This document shows, piece after piece, positions 1 through 12,770 of a stretch of 64,000 nt of DNA (within the stretch, counting starts at the first letter, position 1; each line of letters opens with the position of its first letter). The stretch is from Camelus ferus (lineage: Eukaryota): positions 49,540,001-49,604,000 of the forward strand of contig NC_045697.1 of NCBI RefSeq assembly GCF_009834535.1, read 5' to 3'. The position numbers and the translations under genes are program-made. Under the pieces are notes generated by a model. That model was not told where the DNA came from. It searched no databases and saw only the letters and a program-made list of their open reading frames with translations.

Positions 1-139
1 TAGCAGTTGGATATCTGCTTTGATGATGTAAATAAAGAAAAAGGAATTAACAAATTTCAAGATAAAAGTAGGATGGATAGTTGAAGAAAGAGGTAAAGGC
101 ATTTATTATAATGGATAAGACTTATATGGATAAGAAAAT

Positions 140-370
140 AAGTGAAGATCTAATAGCAACACTCAAATATGGAATAGACCTTTATTTTTCCAGAGGGCAA
201 AATGAGGGGAAGTTTGTATATGTTATATCAAGGTACATTCTGACTCATTATATGGATTAAATTTTTAATAATTAGAACTACCAATGAAAAGGATTCTCTC
301 ATAAGGTAATGGGCTTTCTAAGAGTCATTGGTCCTATCTGACAAAAAATGGCACAGAAGGATTCCTATAG
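140..370 (+). mobile_element. Highly decayed CR1/L3 LINE 3' remnant
   Basis: Motifs in the order recalled for the L3 3' end (gatctaatagc...caaatat; ccagagggca; aggtaatgggct; agaaggattcct). Confidence 0.4.
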
Positions 371-1348
371 GTAGAACTAGTCATAAAACTATATTTCAGG
401 AAAAAATTTAAATGTTTTACAACTAAAAATTTTTTCAAGAAGATGCTTTCCTCAAATTTACTCTGCAAACTTTGAATGGACGATCCTCAAGCAGATCAAT
501 TCAATTTTCAGTGGCAGAGAATTCCATCATTATTATATTTGTGATGATGAATAATTCCAACTAAGACGTATCTACTTAAATAGGATTGTTTATCGTCATT
601 TTTGATGTATTTTCATTTTGTGCATAATAGACAACTTGAAATACAAGCAACCCTAAATAAAGCTATCGAGAAAGAGCACCCTAATAGGTTGAAAAGCAAA
701 GATAACCTGTGGCCGGTGAAGCCATGAATACATCAACCACTCAATCTTTGAGGTGGAGAATATATCAAAGTGAATTAAACTCAGTTTCTTCATTTTGAAG
801 TTTATGTGCTTCAAGATTAGAATCTAGTCTATTCAGTTTCTAAAAGTAAAGAATACTTAAAGAACTAACTTAATACATAACCAGAATACTGTATTTTTCT
901 GTTTATATGCAACGCTCTATCCAATTTTTTTTTTTTTTTGGTAAAATAGTACTTTACCTTTTAACAAGCAACACTTTCTTCAAAAATAATTCTTTACATA
1001 GTATCCTAAGTTATAAAACATGAGTAAGCTCCTTAAGTAGTTTAAATTTTCACCCTGGCAGAAAATATGTATGTATTTTGTATATGATCAGATCCCTTTA
1101 TTCTCTCTAATCACATTTTGAAAATTACTTTTCTATAAGAATTTCTTTTATTAAGAAAGTGGTGTTGAGCAAAGATATCCAGCTTACCACTTGGGACACT
1201 ATTTTAAAACATAAAAAACTAACAGCCCTGAAATGTGTAAAACTGACATGTGAAAATAGAAACAGTGAAGTTGGGAGTATAAACAGAAAGATTCTCCCTA
1301 TGTTCTCCTATGAAAAATTTTCCTAACAGTTTTTAGGCATATTCTAAT

Positions 1349-1453
1349 TAGGGTAACTATATGATTTATTATCTAAACTGGGACACTTTTGAAGTGAAAC
1401 AGGACACCATTAGTAATTACTGGCCTGGCAAACTGGGGCATACAGTCACCCTA
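1349..1453. mobile_element. Short hAT-type MITE (MER96-like)
   Basis: Terminal inverted repeats tagggtaact...agtcacccta with internal ctgggacac motifs. Confidence 0.6.
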
Positions 1454-2335
1454 ACTATCAATCAACCCTATGCAGGCAACTCCCAGAGCATGCAGCAATA
1501 TGCAGATTTTAATTACCAGTCTGATTAACCATCCTGCTTTGAGGAACACAACTTCAAAGACGCAGGTACAATTCAGGGACATTCAGAGACCCACAAGAAT
1601 CACTAGAGAGTAAGTTAGGAGGCTAGTATAAACTTAAGGGTTTGGAGAAGGGGAATTCAATAAAGGAATAAATAAAATACTACAAAACCTTCATAATTTT
1701 CTCTGATACAAAAATAATTTGGGAACCTATTGTCTTTACTTTTATTATCTATCACCATCAAACTTTCACCATAAAGCTTAAATAAAACTACACATGATTT
1801 GTCAATTTAACTTGTATTGGACTTAAAAACTCAAGACTATTAATCTTTGGGGGCACGGACATTATCATTCATTTCCAAGCATGTAGTGCCTGGCTCTCAG
1901 TAAATGTTTACTGAATGAATTTATTTGTTGAACTTAATAGTCTGAATATTAAAATTTATGGTATAGGATCCTTAATTGAAGAAGGTAGACTTTAGAAATT
2001 CCAATCAACAACCTAACCTATTAGTTTCTAGCGTAAAACCCATCAGGAAATTCTATGTTTGGATCTGCTTTGAAATAATTCAACAAAGCAAGAGAGGGGA
2101 ATAAAAGATGAACAAAATTGCCAGATGTCAATAATTACTGAAGCTGAGTGATGTGTATGTGGGGGGATCTCTATCTCTGAGTGTAACTGCAAATCTCCGT
2201 ATCAAAAGCTTTTTTTTTTTAAGTCCATATGAAACCAACCGAAGATAATGGATTTATCAAACATAAGCCATTTTCTTTTCTTTGAAATCATCACTGTCAA
2301 AATTCTTATCACATTTCCATTTAAGGACAATATAC

Positions 2336-2514
2336 CTGTAGCATTAGGTGCAGATTAGTCACTTTCTGTGCAGACCAGCCAGAATTTTCATCTCCAACTT
2401 CAAACCAAGGTTTCATACGTTGAATATATGAGCCTTCTTTAAAAAAATTTTGATTGGAATTGTTGTTTTTTAACAAGTTTTGGAGCAAAATCAGACAATC
2501 TTCTACTACTATAC
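2336..2514 (-). CDS. USO1: USO1 exon 9 (GIVVEDCLILLQNLLKNNNSNQNFFKEGSYIQRMKPWFEVGDENSGWSAQKVTNLHLMLQ)
   Basis: Acceptor ccccag|GTA, donor CAG|gtatat. 179 nt. Lies within ORF 2321..2554. The gene continues beyond base 1. Confidence 0.96.
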
Positions 2515-3414
2515 CTGGGGAAAGAATGTAAAATGGAAAAGTTAAGGCTGACAAGACCTGAAGGAAAATTCAATCCCCAAGCATTTAAAAAAGATAAATC
2601 TCCATGCTGAGCATCTCTTCAGTATGTAAGGCAGACAGCCTGCTCTTTCTCAGGTCTCCCAATGACCTCTTGACTTCTATTTTCAACTATCCACTTATTT
2701 TAGTAACTCACATTTTCCCCTTCAAATCCAGCTCACATGTCATTTCTTCAGGAATGATTAGCAAGACCCAATGACTAGGTTAGGATCACCAGTTACATGC
2801 TCTCACAGTAGCCTGCTCCTTTCACGATTATGTAGTATCTTGTCCACTAGATTATAATTTGTGAAGACAGGAATGGGTGAATGTCCTACTTACCTCTGCA
2901 TCCTCAGCAGAGATAGAGACAAGAGATCAGGTGTTCACATGGTAGGTCACTACTCAATATTTGTTGAATGACTCAATCATATCTTATTTAATCTCTAAGA
3001 AGCACTTGATACTGCTGTTGCTATGTCTCTTCCTTGAAACTTCCTCTTCTCTTGTTTTTTTTTTAAGAACACTAACTACTCCCTCCTTTCCTTATAGATG
3101 TTGGGCCACTCTTCAGGCTTCCTATTGTTCAGAGTTCCTATTCTCCACTCTTTCATGCTTTTCCTTCTTCTCTGTGTACAACATACCACTCTCCAGGGTT
3201 GCTTAATACTACAGCTTCTATTATTATCACAGCTAAAGGTCTTCAACATGATCTCCACTTTATCTGGTTTACCAGCTGCTAGTTTAACCAATGAGCTCCA
3301 CTTCCTTGTGAAACATATGACTCATGCTGGATGCTCACAGTTGGTAGGTTCCTCTGCGTGGTACACCCACCCCTTTGCATCTACTAGTTGAGCTGTGTTC
3401 TTATAAGAATCAAT

Positions 3415-4590
3415 TGCTTTTTAAAAATTAATACTTTTTCAGACTAGCTTTAGGTTTACAGAAAAACCTAGCAAAAAATAAAGGGAATTCTGATATACTC
3501 TCTCCCTCCCAGGTTTCACTATTACTATATTTAGCATCAATGTGGTACATTTGTAGACTGACAAATGAATACTGATACATTATTAAGTCCATGTTGACAT
3601 TAGGGTTCATTCTTTGTCTTGTACAGTTTTATACGTTTCACTGTGTGTATAATTTCATGTATCATACAGAATAGTTTTATTGTTCTAAAGATCTTGTGTT
3701 TCACCTATTTATTCCTCTTTCTTCCCATCTCCAAATCCTTGGCAACCCTTGATCTTTTTATTGTCTATAAGGTTTTGCCTTTTCCAGATATCGTAGAGTT
3801 GGAACCACAGAGTATGTAGTCTCTCCAGACTGACGTATTTCACTTAGCAATATGCATTTAAAGTTCCTTCATGACTTTTTGTGGCTTGATAACTTTTCAT
3901 CATTGAATGATATTCTACTGTCTGGATGTACTACAGTTTATCCATTCACCTACTGGAGGACACCTTGGTTGCTTCCAAGTTTTGGCAATTATGAATAAAG
4001 CTGCTATAAACATTCGTGTGCAGGATTTTGTGTGGATATAACTTTTCCACTCATTTGGGTAAATATCAAGGAGTGTGATTGTTGGGCTGTATGTTAAGAG
4101 TATGTTTAGCTTGATAAGAAACTGCTGAACTGTCTTTCAAACTGGTTGTATCATTTAGCATTCCCACTAGCAATGCATGACAGTTCCTGTAGCTCCACAT
4201 TCTAGCTTGCTTTTGGTGTTGTCAGTGTTCTGGATTTTTTACCTAATAGGTGTGTAGTGGTATCTCATTATTCTAATTTGCATTTTTCTAATGATATATG
4301 ATGCTACCTTTTCATACTGCTATTTGCCATCTGTATATCTTCTTTGGTGATATGTCTGTTCAGATCTTTTGCCTATTTTTAAATTGGGTTTTTTATTTAC
4401 TTATACTTTAAGAGTTTTTTGTATATTTTGGCTACAAGCCCTTTTTCAGATGTGTTTTGTAAATATTTTCTTCCAGTCTGTAATTTATCTTTTTATTCTC
4501 TGAAGTATCTTTTGCAGAGAAAATTTCTGTTTAGTGATGTCCCACATACCAATTTTCTCTTTCATGGGTCATGCTTTTTGTATTGTACCT
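3415..4590 (-). mobile_element. Old L1 3' end (L1M type)
   Basis: Typical antisense L1 text (tccattcacctactggaggacac; ataaagctgctataaacattc; tagtggtatctcatt). Confidence 0.85.
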
Positions 4591-5099
4591 AAGAGTAAAT
4601 GACTATTGTTCAGAAATTTGTACTAGTTATTAATTAACTATTATGTAAACTACCAAAATGTAAGTATGACAACAGAGCTATTTTTATGAGAACTACCTTT
4701 ACATCTGGCAAAACTCAATGAAATCAAATCATTATGAACAGCTATTGTTACGCATGGATAATACAAGTCTAAAAAATACGGGAAGTAACTGCGAAACCCC
4801 AGAAAGATCCTGCACTCCATTTCAAGGAAACCAAAATGCAAATCCTGTGATATATTATAGGTGTGATGTATTCAAGAAAGATGATGAAAAGACTCCAATC
4901 AGCAGACCCATATTCAAAAGATCTGGCCTTAAACCAAAAGATTAGCAAATAAATGTACATTAAAAAATGTGTAACGTTTAACTTAAAATGTTTAAGTTGT
5001 ACATATTAAACATTTTTTAAGAATTTGATTTAATTGATTTCTCCAGATTAGAGGCTTCCTTATCTCATATTCCTGAACCATGTGGATTCCACCCTCATA

Positions 5100-6620
5100 A
5101 GCAGAAACCACTCTATCTATCTGTCTTTTATGCAGGACCATAAATCTCCATTATGTAAGATCTGCCATTAGGACCATCTGAAGGCGCTGGAGAAAACAGA
5201 ATGTCAAAGCCCTCACTGTAACTAGCAGGCCTTCCTTCCAGTGTGCAAAGTGAATTCTAGAGCCTTGAGGGCCACTATCAATGAAAAGAAGCCAATGGAA
5301 CTTGTTTCAGCAACCACGAAGGATCCAGAATTCACTCTGCAACCTTTAACCACTCTCACCTTGCCTTAGAATCCCATTTTCCTTGGTCACCTTTAAAAAT
5401 GTGCACCTTCTGCTCATCTATGCTTTCCCATTTTCTCATCTTAGAATGCTTTGTGCTTCCTCTCCCTACTTAATCCCCTTTCAAACTCTTTTATGATGCT
5501 ACCTCAAACTCCCAAACATTGGTTAATAAAACCTACTATACCCTCAATTACTTTATGAAATGTTCCTTTTCTTTAAAGAAGCTACTTTACTCTGTAATGT
5601 TAATGATCCTCTCAGCCCAGAGTACTTTCCAGAGATCATCGATCCTCTCATAAAAATCTCCTGTTCCACTGAGGCTCAGGCCATCTGGCTGTACCATCTA
5701 TTTTACAACTCCTCATTGCAGTTACATAGCAAATTCACGGTCACTACTCTTTGCTCACTGAAAACAATGGCATTTCACTCAAAGTCTTTTTCCTTTCTTC
5801 ATGTTCTGCTGCCACTCTTGATTTCAATTTCAATGACAACTCATCCAATACCTGGACCCCTCAGTCCCTTGGCCTCATCTTCAGAGATAATTCTTACTCT
5901 AGCACTGAAACCTCCTATCTTTCCAGCTCAAATATTCTCAACATATCTGTTCTAGTTTCCCTGAGACTTTTAACCCATCAATGTCTTCTTTTTAGAAAAC
6001 TCTTCTGTCTTGACTTCCTTCCTTATCTAGCTTTAGCACATATAGATCTTCATTTCTTCCACCTTATAATTTGCTAACCTCTCTTGTCTGTCTTTCCATA
6101 GACAGTGGAAAAGGCACAATCCCATCAAAAACTGCCTGCCTGGCCTTTTACCCCCTACATCTGTAATTGGGTAGCTGAATATTGGGGGGAAAAGGGGACA
6201 GATAATCAAGTAGTCTGCACTGCTATAAAATCATGGTGAACACCCTCAACTGGGGCCTTTATCCTTGCCTGGGAATCTTCCTAATTACAATAGTCAACAA
6301 ATCTCCTATTCTCCAAAAGACTATTTTCAGTCTTCTCTATAATTCTCAACTGCGTCTTCCTCTTTCAACTCAACTCCCTATCACCAAATCCAAAAAAGGA
6401 CCTGAATCTTCAACTGTGTCATCCTCTGTTATAATGGAAGATACGCTTCTCCTATTTTAAAAGCCAATCCTTACCTCTACTCTGGATTCTGTTTCTTCCT
6501 CCTTTTTCAGGTATTATGTAGCACTGACTGATTGTCTTCTGTTTCTCTCATTTCAAACCTCTGCCCCCTCTCTGCTTGCTTACACTGGTTACAGTCTCTT
6601 CCATTTTAAAGAAAAAGCCC
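5100..6620 (+). mobile_element. L2 LINE remnant
   Basis: C/T-rich decayed sequence with L2 motifs (ctcttgatttcaat; ggcctc; cctctactctggat). Confidence 0.55.
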
Positions 6621-8530
6621 TCTTAGATTAAGGGAGAATAATCTGATAATTTCCATAGATGTAGAAAAAATGATTATAAAATGCAAGACTCATTCATGAT
6701 AAAAACTCTTAGCAAAAATCAGACTTAAATGTGAAACATAAACATTCTCATTAAAGTCAGAAACTATTTAACACTGAGTCCAGGTATAGGTCAGTGATAG
6801 AGTACATGCTTAGTATGCATGAGATCCTGGGTTCAACCCCCAGTACCTCCATTAAAATAAATAAGAAAAAAAATTCAACACTGTACAAGGACTCTAACCA
6901 GTGCAATAAGACAAAGAAGAAAAGTGGTATGAGAATTAAAGAAAGAAAAAAGATTATTCTTATTTGTAGAAAATAACATTATCAACACAAAGTCCAATTA
7001 GAACTAATGGTTTAATAAGGTGGTTAGATATAAGACCATTATACAAAAATCAAGTAGTTATCAATTTGAAAATAGAAAGAGATCCCATTTATATGTAACA
7101 AAAAGTGTAAGATGCGTACAAATGAATCTAATAAAAAATGTATACAACTCTGTGTTCAAAATTATAAAATATTAATGAAATACATAAAAGAAGATCTTAA
7201 TAGATTAAAAGATATGCCTGGGTTCATGGGTAGAAAACGTCAATGACAATCCTCCTTAATTTTTAAACTCAATATATTTCTTTTTTTTTTTTTTAACTCA
7301 ATATATTTCTAATTAAAATCCCAACTGGAATTTTTCAGATAATTTGACTAGCAAGTAAGTTTCATTCAAATGAAAAACAAAAGGAAAAGAAGTGTAAGAC
7401 AATTCTGAAGAGGGCCAAGATAGGAAATTTTTTCCTATATTCTAATAGATTACTATGATGCTTTAGTAATTAAAAGTGTGTGGTTTTAGTGTAGAACTAG
7501 ACAAGTGAACTAATGGAACAGAACAGAACTTAGAAACAGACCTGTACACATATGGAAAATTGATCACAAATCTTAGAATATAATTCAAATGCAAAATCCC
7601 TACTAATATAAAAGACAAATTTTCAAAGCCTTTAATATAAGAAAGTGATGGAAACCCTCTATGCCCTTGAGGTAGAGAAAGATTCTGTAAATAAGACACA
7701 AAAGCATAAACCATTTAAAAAAAAAAGCATGTGATAATATTAAAATGTTAAACTTTAATAAAAACACTAGAAACAGACTAAGAAACCAAAAGAAGATAAC
7801 TGAAATATGTATAATCAACAAATGATTAGTACCCAGAATATATAAAGAACTCCCAGTCATCAACTAGAAAAGGAAAAAAGTTCTTACACAAAAATGGGCA
7901 AGAAGGTAATTCAGAAGGGTGAAAGATAAGCAAACAAAAACAGACAGTGACCTCATCCATGAAAATATGCTTAATCTCATTAATTTAAGAAGTGAAATGA
8001 GGTCAGTGAGATACCGTCTCCTGCTCATCAAACTGGCAAGCAAGAATTGACAAGATGTGAAAAACAGGAACTTGAAAACATTGTTGATGGAGTATAGGCT
8101 GATAAAACCATTCAAGAGAGCATACCAGACAATACCTGGTAAAGATGAAAAAAGTATTATTCTATTTCTGGGTATATAATGTAGAGAAACTTAATACACA
8201 AGTAGATACATAAAGACTAGTCACTTTAACAGTTTATATTAGCAAAAACGTATAAAGCCTATCAACTCAACAAGAAAATAACAGATTATAGTATATTCAC
8301 ACCCCAGAATAAAATATCATGCTTAAAATGAATAAACTAGAGCAACATGTACCAACATGGATAAATCTCAAAAAGATAATGCTGAATAAAAAACAGAAGT
8401 TGTGAAATTATGTTCAGAAGGATACTTTATTTAAAAGAATTGGATGTTAGGTACACAAGGGTTTGTTATGCTATTTCCTATTGTTTTCTGTATGCTTGAA
8501 ATATTTCATATCAATAAAAAATTTACAAAG
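6620..8530 (+). mobile_element. Old L1 ORF2/3' remnant
   Basis: A-rich L1 motifs (cattcatgataaaaactct; caatggaacagaac-like; aacatggataaatctcaaaa). Confidence 0.8.
6777..6872 (+). mobile_element. tRNA-derived SINE (Vic-1-like)
   Basis: A and B boxes (taggtcagtgatag; gggttcaacccc), A-rich tail, TSD att(t/c)aacactg. Confidence 0.85.
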
Positions 8531-9289
8531 AGAAAAATCATTCTTTGTCAACCTCCAGTTTCTGTTCACTTCTGTGCCCCCTGTCTTTATCAGATTCCTG
8601 ATGTGTTTTCTCTACTATTCAATTTTCCCTCTTGTAATTCACTCTTCTGATACTTCAATCTGGATTCTGAGGCAACCACTACACATAAATGCTCTCCCCA
8701 AGGTCATCAATGATGTTCATAGTCTAAATCCTTTAGATACAATTCTTATCCTATAGATACATGTCCTTATCTTGATAGCTCAGTGACTTCTAAGACTGGT
8801 ACCTGCTCTCCTAATCCTTCAAAAAGTGTGGCTCTCCTCTTGCCTCTCAGCCTGTATCTTCTCACAGTCTCTCTTACTAATGCCTCTTCCTCTAAGATTT
8901 CTTAACTATTTGTATACCTTAGGCTCTGTCCCAGCACTTCCCTCCTCACTCTTCACTTATTCTAAATGACTCACCTAAACTCTCTTGTTTATCTAATTTT
9001 GTTTCATCTATATTCTAAAGACTCTCAGATATTTATTTCCACACACCAGAAATTGACACAACATTGTAAACTGTTGTATTTACAACATGACACAGAATTT
9101 TTTAGAATGAAGTCCACTTTCTTTAATGTTGTACAAAAAAAGTGTGAGTAAAAAAAGCAAAACAAAACAATTAAAAAGAAATCTTTATTTCCAGCCCAGC
9201 CCTGCCCTCCAGATTAGTAAGTCAACTGTCAACTATCCAACACTACTTGCTAACCTCAGTTCAGTGAATGCAAATAAACTCATTCTCTC

Positions 9290-10420
9290 TTCTGACCTTA
9301 ATGCTAGATTTTTGGTTCAACTTCTCATTAAAAACAACTAAAACCCCTGAATTAAAAAAAAAAAAAAAAAAAAAGCCTAGGAGCAATGAAGAAGTGACAG
9401 TTTAGCAGGCTAAAACTGACAAGAAAATGGGTATCTACACAGCTAAACAAGTATAAAACTACCTTTTGGCTGGGAGTACATTTCTTGATCTTGATAAATC
9501 TAAAACGTTCATTTTGACATTCTCATGGGACAGAAGGAAAATAAATCAAAGCCAAGGGTATACACAAGGTAAAGAAGAAATCTAACAGAAAACTCTTCAC
9601 CTAATAAATCAGGACCTCAAAGGGATATATATATCCTCAGGGTGAGAATAATGAGAAGTTAACTAGTTCTCATAAATTTTGTAGCCTGGGTTTGCATTGC
9701 CTGAGTGGTCCAGGAAATGTTAAGTCTTAAGTTTGGATTAAGGTGATCTCAGATAATCTGCACCCCCAGGGCTTGGCAGAAACAAACACATTCTTCTCCA
9801 GGATTCAAATTCCGGTAAGTAATTCTATTAAGTGTGACACAAAACATAGTCAAAGATAACCACATACCATGCTTAAGAACCAGTAGAGCAACTACCAGAC
9901 CCACAAAGACTTAAAGTACTAGGAATATCAGACAAAGACTATGAAATAGTTGTTTCTTAAGTTCAAAGAAATAAAAAGTAAGTTGAAAATACAAGCAGAA
10001 AAAAGGAAGTTATAAGAAATTACCTAGCAAGTTTGCCAAAGAACAAAACAGAACTTCTAGAAAAGAAAAATTTAAAACTCAATAGACACATTTAATAGCC
10101 AATCAAACACAGGTAAAGAGAGAAGAGTTGAAACAGAGAGCAGGTCAGTAGAAACAATCCAGAAGAATGCCTGGAAAGATAAAAAGATGGAAAACGCAGA
10201 AAAGAAAGTGACAGAGTGAGAGCCTAATCAGAAGACAGAGAATTGAACCTGAGTTTAGAAAGACAGGAGAAAATGTGGCAGAGCAGTATTTGACATGATA
10301 TAGCTGAGATTTTCTGGAAATGATAAAAACATCAACCTAGACTCTGGAAGTCTACCAACTATTAAACATAAATAAAAAGAAACAGATACTCAACACACCA
10401 TAGTGGAAGAAAGAATATAA
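9290..10420 (+). mobile_element. Old L1 5'/ORF1 remnant
   Basis: A-rich ORF1-like motifs (aacagaacttctagaaa; aactcaatagac; atgatagctgagattttc-like). Confidence 0.65.
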
Positions 10421-10575
10421 AGCATAGGTCATCCCCCAAGGAAGCCTCTCTCAACACTTAACAAACCAACAAAAAAGTACACGTCCTTCTTTCTCCCTTC
10501 AATCGCATTCCTGAAAAGTTAACAATTCAATGAGAACAGAAAGAATCTCTTCAAATCAATCTCTTCATACTATAC

Positions 10576-10696
10576 CTCCATCACTGTTCCCCTCCTCTGT
10601 AATAATGTCCAGTAATCTTTCAAAAGCATTTTCAAAAGCAACAATTTTCTGGATTGCTCCATTGCTTCTTGTTAGTGCCTGTAGCAGTAAGACGCC
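10576..10696 (-). CDS. USO1: USO1 exon 8 (GVLLLQALTRSNGAIQKIVAFENAFERLLDIITEEGNSDG)
   Basis: Acceptor ctccgtaag|GGC (AAG type), donor GAG|gtatag. 121 nt. Lies within ORF 10565..10747. Confidence 0.95.
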
Positions 10697-12109
10697 CTTA
10701 CGGAGAAGAAAGATAATGTTAAGTGGAGTACAACTTTTAAAAGACATTTAAAAACTACTTAAAAAACCACAGAGTTTTAGCAGTGGCAGGAATCTTACAA
10801 GCGCAACTTCTTCACTTTATAGAGAGGGAAAACAAGGACAGAGAAAGTAAGCAATTTGCCTCCCTAAGCTACATAGATCTCAAAGGGTCAGAGCCTTGGC
10901 TAAAATCCATGTCCACCAATTCCTAATTCAGTTCTCTCCACTGTGTAATATAAATGTATGACAATTCTTGTACAGTCATCAATCAATCATTACACAGCTT
11001 TCATTGTGGTCTAAGAGAGCTGAACATGATTATATCTGTCTCAGTAATGCCTCTGCACATACTTCACAACAGTAACAATAAGAAACTGTGAATTCACTAA
11101 TATAAATCAATAAACACCATCACATTCTAGAAGAGAAATTTCAGATATTCTTATAATTATCTGGCCTGCAAATACCCCAAACTTGACTCTAAGTTAATAA
11201 AAAAAGAAAGAATCTAGCCTCCTGAATGGCATGTCTAATACAAGACAATTCTCAATAGTCTCTTGCTTCTGATTTTTAGTTTTTCTCAGCTCCTGTTGGG
11301 CTAGATTTAGTCTATATACTCTGCAACCTCTTTATTATTCAAGAAAAACTCACTGTTAACAATTTCTGATTATTTTACTATCAAACAAGTATTTTACGAG
11401 CCCAGAAGAGCCCAAGAATACCATTAGGTCAAAGAGACAGTAAATATTTAATAAAAAAAAGCAGGTTATTATTTGGAGGAAGAGGAATAGCAACTAGGTA
11501 GTTCAAAAGTTCCAAAATTTTTGCTGGCTGTCAATACTGGGCATATAAGTATTCATGTTAAGACAAAAAATGCCTATGGCCTAACTGGGCTTATCCTACT
11601 AATTTTCCTGACTATCCAGTCTCAATATTAAGATGAGAGAGAAAGCAAAAGTGTTTACTTTTACATGTCAAATTCTCCTACCTAATGCTAATTTGAGATT
11701 AACTGTTAACAAAGGAAGGAGGAAATACAGTGGAACAAACATTGAGGCTGTGAGTTAGATACGGTGGGTTTTAAAAAGGGTTGTTGTACTTACTAGTGCA
11801 ACTTAAAGCAAATTACATAAATTTGGAATCTTAGTATACCCACGTGTAAAACAAGGATGGTATTTTTGTCATGGTTTTTATGAGGATTAAAGGAGATGAC
11901 ATAACTTCTATAGAACCTAGGTTCTCAACACTTATCAGTTTCTTTTCCCGACTATTAAGAGGTACATTCTTCAATCAAACACATCCACTAAATGCTATTA
12001 AGAACGAAAAGTACACTCATTAGTCATTGAAAGCAAGTGGGCACCAATTCCTTACTTTAAAAACTGGTAATTAATGAGATTGATCTATTTATCCTCTCTT
12101 TCATGTATG

Positions 12110-12770
12110 AATTACATTTCAGGGCAATAAAATATACTGGTTGATAAAGCAGAGTTCTTCACTGTGGAAGATTAAAGCTGAATAAATGTAGAAGAATGAC
12201 AGAATTATAAAATCACTGTTTTGAAACCCTTAACAAAATAACAGATTCAGGCAATGACCACTAATGAATGATCAGATTTAATGGAGGAAAGAGAACTTTA
12301 CAATATAGGGATCTGGTTGTCACCACCTGAATCAAACCCACTGACCACTACAAGTGGGACAGCCAGATATTACATTTCTTGATGTGTTGTAAAATTAAGT
12401 AGGCTGCATCACCTAGGAAACACTCTAGCAAAGAGGTGAACCAGAACCTAATCAAGCCCTTTAGATAGTTAATAGACATTAACAATCAAATATAATGGGA
12501 GAACTTCGTCTGGGTCCTGATTTGAAGGAACCAACTGTAAAAGACATTTATGAGACAACTGGGAACTGAAGTATGTATAATGGTGAAATTACTCAGATGT
12601 TTCGACTGCTTTTAAATACTCCAGTAAAAATAAAGGAGTGGTGATGGGAGGGGTAGGTGAAGCAAATATAACAAAATCTTGAAAATTAATGGATTTAAGG
12701 GGTGAGTTTGTTTGTATTCTCTACTTTTGTGTGTATTTACCTTTTTCATTATAAAAAACTAAAAATTAGA
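12110..12770 (+). mobile_element. L1MC/ME-type 3'UTR remnant
   Basis: atctggttgtcaccacctgaatcaa; aaccaactgtaaaagacattt; ctctacttttgtgtg. Confidence 0.6.

Noticed and set aside
420..830. Non-repetitive-looking intronic block
   Set aside because: No sustained ORF found and no match to the expected USO1 exon 10 (LVRVLVSP...). It cannot be assigned without a search.
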